Source of the DNA: Promethearchaeota archaeon | GTDB taxonomy: Archaea; Asgardarchaeota; Hermodarchaeia; Hermodarchaeales; Hermodarchaeaceae | Length of the DNA: 32,000 nt | NCBI GenBank assembly: GCA_048938295.1 | Contig: JBHLMI010000007.1 | Span: 30,001-62,000 of the forward strand | Direction: 5' to 3' | Part shown: one piece after another, positions 1 through 8,434 of the stretch | Position numbering within the stretch: the first letter of the stretch is position 1 | Layout: each line of letters starts with the position of its first letter | Position numbers and translations under genes: made by a program | The notes under the pieces: model-generated | Told to the model about the DNA's origin: nothing | The model's database searches: none | What the model saw: only the letters and a program-made list of their open reading frames with translations

Positions 1-901
1 GGGTGGGGTGGGGGACGCTGAAGTTGGTTTGGTAGCAGGTGGGTTCGTCGCGGATGTAGCCTTCGGCGACATAGTAAGCAAGCAGTCGTACGAAGTTTGA
101 GTTGAATGGGATGTAGGGGGTGATAGTGTGGTCATCGCGGGCCATGCCAATTTGCGCGGTAGAAGGAATGTCGTTCCATTGGAAGACGCCTTCGTGTTCG
201 AGGATTTCGAGGTGAGTTAGGGGGATGGAAGTGTACCACGCCTGGGTGAAAAGGCGAGTTTTGCGTCGACGAGGAATTTGGTTGGCGAAGTAGTGTTGGA
301 GTATTTTGTTAATTTTTCGTGGACCGAGTGGGTCTGATGGATTGAGAGAGTGGGCGAATCTGTGGAGTGTTTTTCGCATCCAGGTTTCGGCGTTTCTGAG
401 CCTGGTTTGGTGTTTGAAGGTTTGGAATTTTTCAGTGTTTGGTAGGTTGTCAGTAAGTTCTTGAAGGATATTGATGGTTTGGGGAGGATTTCTTTCAGGA
501 ATGTTAATTGTATTGAGAATAGGGATCTGATCGCCGGGTTTGAGTTGGTGGGCTTTGGTGCGTTCGATGGTTTGCGTAGTGGGGTTCCAGATCATGGCGT
601 TGTGGTCGGGGGTCATGGTGATGGTGCGTCCGGAGTGGGTGGTGATTGTGAGCCAGTGGTTGCTGGTGCCTTTGATCCAATGTTTGATGGGTTGGTAGAT
701 GGGTTCATGGGTGGTGGGGTCGATACTGATGGTTCGCCAGTGAGTAAAGGGATTATCGATGGCAAGTGTCCCAAAGTCATCGACAATCTTGGCTGGTGTT
801 CTCTTTTCTAAGAGTTCTTCAACGATATGGCCTAATGGGAGTTTGAGAAGTTTTTGATCATTAGTATCCCAGATGATGACCTCTTCATCAGCGTGGAGGC
901 A
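1..901 (-). mobile_element. Intein with LAGLIDADG homing endonuclease in PolD DP2 (partial)
   Basis: After KRRN the expected CDGDED is replaced by CLHADEEVIIWD (block A). Block B reads TTHSGRTITMTPDH and a LAGLIDADG-like motif RLLAYYVAEG lies near nt 60-90. Open for 300 codons to the window edge. Confidence 0.93.
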
Positions 902-3574
902 GTTGCGACGTTTTGCGGCGTGCCAGAATGGGTGTGCGTAGCAGACGCGTAGGGGTGTGAAGCCGATGATGCGGCCGATGACGCCGGCTGAGGTGTGGGG
1001 GGCGAGGCCGATGACGAGGTGTCCTATGAGGTCTTCGGGGGTTTTGAGGTTGTAGAAGGGTTCTAGGTCGTAGACTTGGCTGAGGAGATCGTCAACGAAG
1101 TGGGATATCCGGAAGAGGTATTTTGCGCAGTCAAAGGGAACAACGATGTCTTGGATTTTGAGTTCGATAATTTGATTAGGGGTAGTAAGGGGTGCGCCGG
1201 TTTTGTCAAAATGATATCCAAGAGCATGGAGTGTGTCGAGTGACACGCTGATTTCGCTGGGTTTGAAGTGAGTAAGGGGTGCGTCAGTCATATCGAACCG
1301 GATGGTGCCATCTTTGTAGACGAAGAGATCATATTTTGCACGAAGTATCGCTTTTTCGAGGATTTCGGGGGTTTTATTTTTACTCATCAACCCTTTAACG
1401 CCTTTTACCCGGCTTGGTAGTTTTTGGCCTAATTTATTACGCGTATGTTGGAGTTCCTTTTTGAGTGGCGAGTCGATGGGTCCATATGTATTTGCCTCAG
1501 CTCCACATCGCGCACATTTCGGGGTTTTGCATTCGGCTTTGCAGATTGGGCACCAGTAGGTTTGTTCGGTTTCAATCTGACAACTTGAACAGATTCGTGC
1601 GAATGTGATTGTACCACATCGTGGACAAAGACGGTAATTGGCTTCGACTTCCACTTTCTTTTGCTTCTCCGCTTTCCGGATATCTCTCATTGAACCTCCA
1701 GCATTTCCAATGGGATATATCCCATGGGGGGGCGGTGACATTTGCCGCCGTTTAGCCTTTTCAGGACGTCCGATCCGTGCACCAATATAGAAGGTCCCCT
1801 TGGGATGTATCTGAATTGACCAGTTATTTTGTAAGTAATCTAAGGCATCAGTCTCATCAGGCTCAGGAGCAGCAAATTTACATTTGTTGGGCCCGATAAA
1901 CATGGCATGTAGAATTGGAGCGGCTTCGTCAAACCAAATTTGTTGCTCTTGGCACTTACAAGGAATGCCAAGCGTTTCAAGGATCTCTTCGATTCCATCA
2001 TCGATGGTTCCTTGCAACGTTACGATCTGTCCATTGCTTTGGTTCGGAGTAAGGTCTTCAACCCATTCTTTGAACTCTATCAACTGTTGGATTGAGAGGT
2101 CTTCCCAAAAGAAGAGATATCGTGGATGGAGAGGGACATTTAGAGTTGACGAGATGATAAGGGCTTGTGAAGCATCAGGAGAGGTTTTCAGAGGCTCTGT
2201 GACTAGTTGATGGAATATGTGTTTATCCAGTTGTTGAAAGAGGTTTTGTCGGACCGAATCAGAAGCCGCTATGAAGCCCTTCAAGGCCTCTTGTGCCCAC
2301 CACTCGGGGCAATATCCAGACGGAACTAGAAGGTGGTTATTTTCACGGAATTCCCCAAATCCGATTAATAGATCCCCTAAGAAAAGAATCTTTGAGACTT
2401 CGTCACAAATCTTCTTAGCTTCGTCAACTGTATCGATTCGAAGGATACTTCCAGTATAGGTTTTGACTATGGGACCATGTATGGAATCCACAGGCATTGC
2501 TACACAGCCCTTCCCGGGTCGTTCAATAATTAGCTGGGTACCACAGGCAATGAAACTATCAAGAAGCACCATGGTGGCAGGGTGAACCCCAAGAGCAGCT
2601 AGACCAGTATTCCTTGATCGACCATAACGAACACGAAATCCGCCTTTGCGTGAAGGATAAGCTAACACAGGGCGTCCTGCAATAATATCCTCCAGGTATT
2701 TTTCCTTTGGTTGGATTCGTTGCTCTGCTCTATCTTCATCTGTTTCCTGGGGAGTCAGGTTTTCTAACCAGTCCCACCCAGACATAGCGAGCTGAGCTAC
2801 TAAATTGGCTAGTTTGTGGGCTTTCCCTAGAATACTATCATTTAATACAAGAATTGCTCCGCCTCGAAGCCGATTGGTTTCGACACCGGGAGGATCACGA
2901 TAACCTGTGACTTCAACCTCTGCGGTTGGTTCACCGGTAACTTCAACGGGAAGGTTTCGAGCTGCCAAGCGAACCTCATCGGGTCTGGAGGGATATTGAA
3001 GGTGAGATACTCGGTTATACAGATCAACTTCTTCCACGTATCGTTCGACGTTCTCATTTGAGGGTTTGTAACTGTCTAAATCCAATTGCTGGCGGATTGC
3101 GTCGGCAACGATTACAGTTTGTGCAGCTTCTGTTCCCCCTGCGGCACGGATTGGACCAGCAAAGTATACTGCCAGGTAACGGCTTCCATCGACGTTTGTT
3201 TTGATTTTTACCGTGGCGATACCTTCAATCGGGCCAGCTGTAATTCCTTCGGTGAGTATAGCTAAAGCGGTTCGAATCGCTTGTTCTGCAGCTTTCTCCA
3301 AATCTCCTCCACTAGCTTGTGCCCTTTGAACAATTTCCTGAGCCACTTCAAAGGCAACAGTATGGGCAGGTTCTGTTTCACTTAGTTGCCGAATTCTTTC
3401 AGCAACGCCAGGAGGTCCGACAAGGCCTTCAACGCGGTCAGCTACATCATTTGCAGGGCTAATTTCTACTTCAGTTGTTGGATCAAGTCCTTTCCTTCGG
3501 GCAGCTTCAGCAATTTTGGCAATTCGTTGAACTTCTTCCCGAAGGGTGTGGACGTAAAATTCGTGGTATTCCAA
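1..3574 (-). CDS. polC: DNA polymerase D large subunit DP2, intein-containing; 3' end runs off the window
   Basis: Not in the ORF track; translated by hand in sampled segments. TTG at 3574 directly follows the upstream TGA. N-terminus LEYHEFYVHTLREEVQRIAKIAEAARRKGLDP, then YFAGPIRAAGGTEAA, GTRIGRPEKAK, a Cys-rich Zn region and GLAPHTSAGVIGRIIGF...HPFWHAAKRRN, all DP2 hallmarks. Frame is consistent from 3574 to codon 892 at 901. Confidence 0.96.
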   Translation of the reverse strand, partial: MEYHEFYVHTLREEVQRIAKIAEAARRKGLDPTTEVEISPANDVADRVEGLVGPPGVAERIRQLSETEPAHTVAFEVAQEIVQRAQASGGDLEKAAEQAIRTALAILTEGITAGPIEGIATVKIKTNVDGSRYLAVYFAGPIRAAGGTEAAQTVIVADAIRQQLDLDSYKPSNENVERYVEEVDLYNRVSHLQYPSRPDEVRLAARNLPVEVTGEPTAEVEVTGYRDPPGVETNRLRGGAILVLNDSILGKAHKLANLVAQLAMSGWDWLENLTPQETDEDRAEQRIQPKEKYLEDIIAGRPVLAYPSRKGGFRVRYGRSRNTGLAALGVHPATMVLLDSFIACGTQLIIERPGKGCVAMPVDSIHGPIVKTYTGSILRIDTVDEAKKICDEVSKILFLGDLLIGFGEFRENNHLLVPSGYCPEWWAQEALKGFIAASDSVRQNLFQQLDKHIFHQLVTEPLKTSPDASQALIISSTLNVPLHPRYLFFWEDLSIQQLIEFKEWVEDLTPNQSNGQIVTLQGTIDDGIEEILETLGIPCKCQEQQIWFDEAAPILHAMFIGPNKCKFAAPEPDETDALDYLQNNWSIQIHPKGTFYIGARIGRPEKAKRRQMSPPPHGIYPIGNAGGSMRDIRKAEKQKKVEVEANYRLCPRCGTITFARICSSCQIETEQTYWCPICKAECKTPKCARCGAEANTYGPIDSPLKKELQHTRNKLGQKLPSRVKGVKGLMSKNKTPEILEKAILRAKYDLFVYKDGTIRFDMTDAPLTHFKPSEISVSLDTLHALGYHFDKTGAPLTTPNQIIELKIQDIVVPFDCAKYLFRISHFVDDLLSQVYDLEPFYNLKTPEDLIGHLVIGLAPHTSAGVIGRIIGFTPLRVCYAHPFWHAAKRRNCLHADEEVIIWDTNDQKLLKLPLGHIVEELLEKRTPAKIVDDFGTLAIDNPFTHWRTISIDPTTHEPIYQPIKHWIKGTSNHWLTITTHSGRTITMTPDHNAMIWNPTTQTIERTKAHQLKPGDQIPILNTINIPERNPPQTINILQELTDNLPNTEKFQTFKHQTRLRNAETWMRKTLHRFAHSLNPSDPLGPRKINKILQHYFANQIPRRRKTRLFTQAWYTSIPLTHLEILEHEGVFQWNDIPSTAQIGMARDDHTITPYIPFNSNFVRLLAYYVAEGYIRDEPTCYQTNFSVPHPT

Positions 3575-4276
3575 TCAGCCAACCCCTCCAAGAAGAAACA
3601 TGGTAAATATTATTTCAAAAAATGCGAGAGTCAATCCAATGGCTATCGGATTAAGTAAATTATCATCCAGGGGAGGTGCACTGATATCTACAATGAAGAG
3701 CATCAAGGCAGCGATTAGTCCATATATCAATGGTATATTGAGCAGAAACCAGAGAGGTAGAAAGGCAAGAAAACCAAAAAGGAATCCGGCTAAGGCCCCT
3801 TCCAATGTACGGTTACCCCCAATTCGATGTTTCCCGAAGCGCATGCCAATTATTGCAGCCATGCCATCACCAATCGCCGCAACCATGACGGCGCCAACAG
3901 CCAACCAGCCAGAAAGTGTCCAAATTGCGGTAATATCAAAGAACGTTTGGAGTATGTTACTGATAATGTAAAGAGCCACAAAAGTGATCATAGTTCCAAC
4001 CGCAAAGTACACACTCGCTCCGAGTCGCGTTCGCTCGCGTGGTCGCATAACACGGGCTAGAATTCGTTTGAAGGGAAAGTATCCGTAAACACGAATTCTT
4101 GTGATTTCTATTCCTAGGAAGAACACAAGAGTGATCCCTGTAAATCCGATGGATAACAGCACACCATGAGGTATCCCAAAGAGTGCTAATCCTACTGCAT
4201 TAACTAATGCGACACAAACCATAAGCGAATGAAATAGTTTCCTTTGAACTTCTTTAGTGACTAATGGATCTGCCAT
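3575..4276 (-). CDS. Dolichol/phytol kinase-like CTP-dependent polyprenol kinase (SEC59/DGK1 family)
   Basis: Multi-TM protein with RKLFH near the N-terminus and the family motif GDGMAAIIGMRFGKHRIGGNRTLEG, followed by DDNLLNP. Confidence 0.85.
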   Translation of the reverse strand: MADPLVTKEVQRKLFHSLMVCVALVNAVGLALFGIPHGVLLSIGFTGITLVFFLGIEITRIRVYGYFPFKRILARVMRPRERTRLGASVYFAVGTMITFVALYIISNILQTFFDITAIWTLSGWLAVGAVMVAAIGDGMAAIIGMRFGKHRIGGNRTLEGALAGFLFGFLAFLPLWFLLNIPLIYGLIAALMLFIVDISAPPLDDNLLNPIAIGLTLAFFEIIFTMFLLGGVG

Positions 4277-4552
4277 TTCATTAAGTGATTATGTTCATGA
4301 CTCTTATGCGTTTAGGCAGAACCCGACAACCCCAGCACTTTAAATGAGAATCTCTTGTTACTACTTTGAAGGCGTCCTGATTCTGGGTCTGTAGGATTTC
4401 AATAAATCCACCGTCTTATATTCCCTTGAACCCTATTACTAATTAAGTCCCATATCATGGGTTTTCATCATCATTTGGTCCTCCGTTTGGGAAAAGGCTT
4501 TAAGGTCTGATAGTTGTCACATGAGCCTAGCACATCTAGGTGAAATCGCTAC

Positions 4553-5527
4553 ATGGTTTTCCTGTCCCGACAAAGACTCATTGTAGGGCTCTTAGTTATA
4601 CTTCTGCTTTTCATAGTTCCACAAGTAAAAGGCGCAGCCCAACAAGAAGAAGGGCAAATATCTATTGTCATCGATTTTAGCCACAACTCTACCTATAGTG
4701 TAGCAAAACGTAATTTCACTGAAGCTGTTGGGTTCTTTTCAAATCATCCAGAATATCAAGTTAGGACACTTGAGGATGGAGAATTAATTGCCGCAAACTT
4801 ATCTCGATCGCATATACTTGTGATTCCAAACCCAATGATCAATTATTCAGATTCCGAACTTGAGGTCATTTCTGATTATGTTGGAAGAGGAGGGTCCTTG
4901 TTTCTGCTTAGTGATTATCAAGTAACTGACCGACAAATAGGAAATCCACTTACTGTTAACCTGATTCTCCAAGCTTTGTTTGAATCGCGGATTCGGTTTA
5001 CTACCGTAACTGATAATGATGGAACAGAGGGAGATGCCATCATTGATTCAGTGGCAACAGAAATCCTTCCATATAATATTGAAGTCAATAGTTCCTATCT
5101 AATCCCCCGTCCAAACCGTGAGGCGATTGTTGCAGGCATCAACACGGTTATTGTTGCCGGTGGTTCGCTCACAACAACTTACTCAGACCTCATTGTGTCA
5201 ACAGGCTCAGAGACCTCCCAAGCTATCTCTTTAAATGGAGATGTGATTCAAAATCAACCTGGATGGCTCGCGGCGTTCTGGATAAGAAACTCTCGGGTTG
5301 TCTTATGCTCGTCAACCACGATGTTTTCTGATACAACTTGCTTGGCGACGAACCAAAGTTGGTTCCAATCTGAGGGCAACAGCGAACTTTGGCACAATAT
5401 CTTCAAATGGATAACTCTTGACTTGGTTCAAGACCCTACACAAATCATGATCTTCTTTGTAGCTCTGGTATTAATTGTGGGTCTTGTAGTGTTTGCTTAC
5501 TCACTTTGGCGAACCAAACGTGGATGA
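4553..5527 (+). CDS. Secreted, C-terminally anchored GIFT-domain protein (GldG/IFT52/OST48-Wbp1-like)
   Basis: Signal peptide, then IDFSHN, ISDYVGRGGSLF, STGSETS, RVVLCSSTTMFSD, GNSELWHNIFKWIT, and a C-terminal TM with a basic tail. Confidence 0.6.
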   Translation: MVFLSRQRLIVGLLVILLLFIVPQVKGAAQQEEGQISIVIDFSHNSTYSVAKRNFTEAVGFFSNHPEYQVRTLEDGELIAANLSRSHILVIPNPMINYSDSELEVISDYVGRGGSLFLLSDYQVTDRQIGNPLTVNLILQALFESRIRFTTVTDNDGTEGDAIIDSVATEILPYNIEVNSSYLIPRPNREAIVAGINTVIVAGGSLTTTYSDLIVSTGSETSQAISLNGDVIQNQPGWLAAFWIRNSRVVLCSSTTMFSDTTCLATNQSWFQSEGNSELWHNIFKWITLDLVQDPTQIMIFFVALVLIVGLVVFAYSLWRTKRG

Positions 5528-6186
5528 GGGCGGAAGTTTTTCGAAAGTGTCAGAATCCATCGAGTGATGTCTCTTTGGGCGCGAATTTTAGATTCTTCAT
5601 CACCATAGCTTGTGGCTATTGGAATCTCAGAAATCTTGAATCCAGCCCGTTGAGCGTCAATGAGTATTTCTGTTTCAGCAGCAAAGCCATCATCTCGGAC
5701 TTGTATAACCCCTAAAACCTGCCTCTTAAATGCACGATATCCTGATTGAGAATCCGTTACAGGAACCTTGAAGAAAACCCGTAGAACCTGGGTTGTGATA
5801 AGGTTGCTTAATTTCCTCAAAAAGGGCATTTCCCTAGATTGAGTTGAGGAACGGGAACCTACAACTACATCAAATCCTTCTTCGATTTTTTGAATGAATC
5901 GTGGAATTGATCTTGGATTATGCTGCATGTCGCCATCCAGGGTGATGATTATTTCACAGCCAACAGTTAATGCATAATTGAATCCTGTTCGTAATGCAGC
6001 TCCTTTTCCCATATTTTGAGGATGGCGAAGGACCTTTGCGCCCTGTTCTTCAGCGATCTGAGCCGTATTGTCTGTGCTACCATCATCGATCACAATTACA
6101 CAGGAGCAGTATTTTCGAGAAAGAGTCACTACTTCTTTGATGGCTCGAGATTCTTGGTACGCAGGGATAACACAGCAGACGGTCAT
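5497..6186 (-). CDS. GT2 glycosyltransferase, DPM1-like polyprenol-phosphate glycosyltransferase
   Basis: VIPAYQE, IDDGSTDNT, NMGKGAAL, LDGDMQH, DVVVGSR, TDSQSGYRAF and FAAETEIL motifs. Confidence 0.9.
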   Translation of the reverse strand: MTVCCVIPAYQESRAIKEVVTLSRKYCSCVIVIDDGSTDNTAQIAEEQGAKVLRHPQNMGKGAALRTGFNYALTVGCEIIITLDGDMQHNPRSIPRFIQKIEEGFDVVVGSRSSTQSREMPFLRKLSNLITTQVLRVFFKVPVTDSQSGYRAFKRQVLGVIQVRDDGFAAETEILIDAQRAGFKISEIPIATSYGDEESKIRAQRDITRWILTLSKNFRPHPRLVRQSE

Positions 6187-6248
6187 TGAACATCAGCGCG
6201 GATTTCTTTTAGGGTTTGGTTACGTACCAAAGGTAAAAATGAAAAAGT

Positions 6249-6530
6249 TTACGATTCAGAAGGAAGATGGGAGTTGTAAGGTTTTGTATCTGTTTTTGAC
6301 TGAGAAGCACAAATGTCAACGAATTCGCCATAGACATCAACAGGTTCTGTTAAGGGCGTTATGCCTATTGTTGCTTGTACATCACAGTTGCCACAATGAA
6401 TTGTTGCTTGTCCAATATTTTTGTTGAGTTCCACTCGCACTGCATTACGCCCACAGCATGGGCAATTGAAAATCGAGGGAATTGAGCGGATTGGACGCCT
6501 GGGAGCCGTTTTTCTTCGTCGTCGACCCAT
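6249..6530 (-). CDS. elf1: Transcription elongation factor Elf1 homolog
   Basis: MGRRRRK start, FNCPCCG...HCGNC zinc ribbon, LTEPVDVYGEFVD. Start moved from the track's GTG at 6539 to the ATG at 6530. Confidence 0.92.
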   Translation of the reverse strand: MGRRRRKTAPRRPIRSIPSIFNCPCCGRNAVRVELNKNIGQATIHCGNCDVQATIGITPLTEPVDVYGEFVDICASQSKTDTKPYNSHLPSES

Positions 6531-6589
6531 TTTATGCACCTTTTGTTTCTGTGAATCTTATCTATGATACTTAGAGTAGTAGAACTACA

Positions 6590-8341
6590 TTACCTTTGGG
6601 CTTTTCGTTCAAGGTCATTGATTAGCTGGGTTGCAACTTCGAGTGAATCAGTGTCGGATACTTCATTAACGGAGAGTTCTAACTCGTTAGAGAAATTGTT
6701 TAGGTTGATTCGCCCGTAAAGCTGAATCTCTTTACCGAGTAGGTCTTCCTCTACTTTATTTACTGGTTCGTCTTCGTTCCCTGATTCCGTAATTAGACGC
6801 TTCGCCTCGACGCTTGTTATTCCGAAGAGTTTCTCTGCTGAAAGTCCGATGAGGCTCGCGCGGATGTTATCGGTTCCATCATCGATGACGATTTTTGCGA
6901 TGAGTCGTGGTTCAGCTTTGGGGATTTTTCCACATTTTGGACATGTTACTGTTGAATTGCTCTTTGAGACTTTTTTGAAGCATTTAGGACAGGACTCGTA
7001 AACGGATTTCTGGTGAATAACCTGGACAATTGTTCCCCGAACCTTGACGAAGTTGCCTTCCGTTACTTCAACTAGCATTTTGGTTGGAGACGCTGTTTGT
7101 CCACTTCTGAGAATTGTTCCTGACGGACTCGCAATTTTGATATTAGGTGGATTTCGCAGAACTTGTGTTGCTTCATTGATATGCAGTTCAAGGCCACCTC
7201 GGAGGCCTGATCGGCAGCTGACACCCTCCAAGAGGAGTATTGTACCTTTTTGCACATCTGCTAGATTCTCAGCGGCTTTACCCCAAGCTACAGCGCGAAC
7301 CTGGCCCGAATCATCAGCAAAAGTGAATGCAAGGCGCTTACCTTCTTGACCATCACGTCTAGTGAAGGTGCTTAGACCTTCATTTTCAATTACAATAACA
7401 CCAACTGTATTGGCATAATCTCCGGGTTTCAAATCCTTTAGCATCTGAGGTGTGGATGGACCTTTTGGTGACTCACTGGGTGTCGAGGAAAGTTGTTGTA
7501 TACGCCCACGTCGACCCACATGAAGTTCTGGTACGTTGTTTCGGTCCAGACGTACGTATCCACTTTCGATACGAATCCTATCATTTACCGACAGCTTGTT
7601 GAACCATTCACTCTGTTCATCCCATAAGACAAGGCGAGTGCGTCCAGTATCATCGCGAATCGCCAAATTGGCCACAGTTCCCTCCGAATCTCCACGATTA
7701 AAAGATGTAATACGATATTTATCCGTCACTTCACCTTCAATGGAAACATCGCTCATTCCTTCCTGAAGCGAATTGATTTTAGTGAGGGTCATCACTGTTT
7801 CAGGAAAGTCCTTGGAATCAACATCAGGGGGACTGATCATTATACGGCTTCCCCCACCAAGGTGGATTTCTATTTGATCACGAAGCCCCATTCTTACTCG
7901 TCCATTGATAATGCGGATAATATCGCCTTCATCAAATTCCTTATCTTCTATGGGTTGGGTGTGCTTATTCCAGAAAGTAATGCGAATCGAACCCGTTGCA
8001 TCACTTCCAATTATACTGGCGACTTGCCCTTCTACTCCCTGTTTTCTCTGGAATGTTCGCACGGGATAAATTCGAGTGACTTTTACGTTCAGTGAAACGC
8101 CCGTCATCCCAGCTACAAGATCGCGTATGGTTAGTTTGAGTTCAGGTGTAGCTTGATTTTCGAATAAATCCAAATCTAATTCACGGGCTACTAATGATGC
8201 TGCACCTTCGTCGGTTACATATCCATCCAATTCCTGTTTTTTTGCTTCAACTAATTGGAGAACCTGTTCCTTTGATTTGCCGGATTTAGAAACAATCGTA
8301 TCGATAATTTCGGCAAGCTTAAGTGGCACGTTTAAAATCAA
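6590..8341 (-). CDS. rpa: Replication protein A, multiple OB folds plus Zn finger
   Basis: Repeated OB-fold signature (GSDATGSIRITFW, IRDDTGRTRLVLW, FADDSGQVRAVAW, IDDGTDNIRASL) and CPKC...CPKC. Start may be the GTG at 8330. Confidence 0.92.
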   Translation of the reverse strand: MILNVPLKLAEIIDTIVSKSGKSKEQVLQLVEAKKQELDGYVTDEGAASLVARELDLDLFENQATPELKLTIRDLVAGMTGVSLNVKVTRIYPVRTFQRKQGVEGQVASIIGSDATGSIRITFWNKHTQPIEDKEFDEGDIIRIINGRVRMGLRDQIEIHLGGGSRIMISPPDVDSKDFPETVMTLTKINSLQEGMSDVSIEGEVTDKYRITSFNRGDSEGTVANLAIRDDTGRTRLVLWDEQSEWFNKLSVNDRIRIESGYVRLDRNNVPELHVGRRGRIQQLSSTPSESPKGPSTPQMLKDLKPGDYANTVGVIVIENEGLSTFTRRDGQEGKRLAFTFADDSGQVRAVAWGKAAENLADVQKGTILLLEGVSCRSGLRGGLELHINEATQVLRNPPNIKIASPSGTILRSGQTASPTKMLVEVTEGNFVKVRGTIVQVIHQKSVYESCPKCFKKVSKSNSTVTCPKCGKIPKAEPRLIAKIVIDDGTDNIRASLIGLSAEKLFGITSVEAKRLITESGNEDEPVNKVEEDLLGKEIQLYGRINLNNFSNELELSVNEVSDTDSLEVATQLINDLERKAQR

Positions 8342-8434
8342 CCTCCCAAGGCTGATAACCTAATACCACAGGTTTCTACAGCCATTGTATTAAAAACATC
8401 ACCATGAAACCAAAAGGAATAGAGGCGTGCAAGT

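Noticed and set aside
461-3658. Short track ORFs (461-811, 1429-1617, 1884-2210, 2271-2459, 2842-3057, 3386-3658)
   Set aside because: Antisense or off-frame shadows of polC and its intein.
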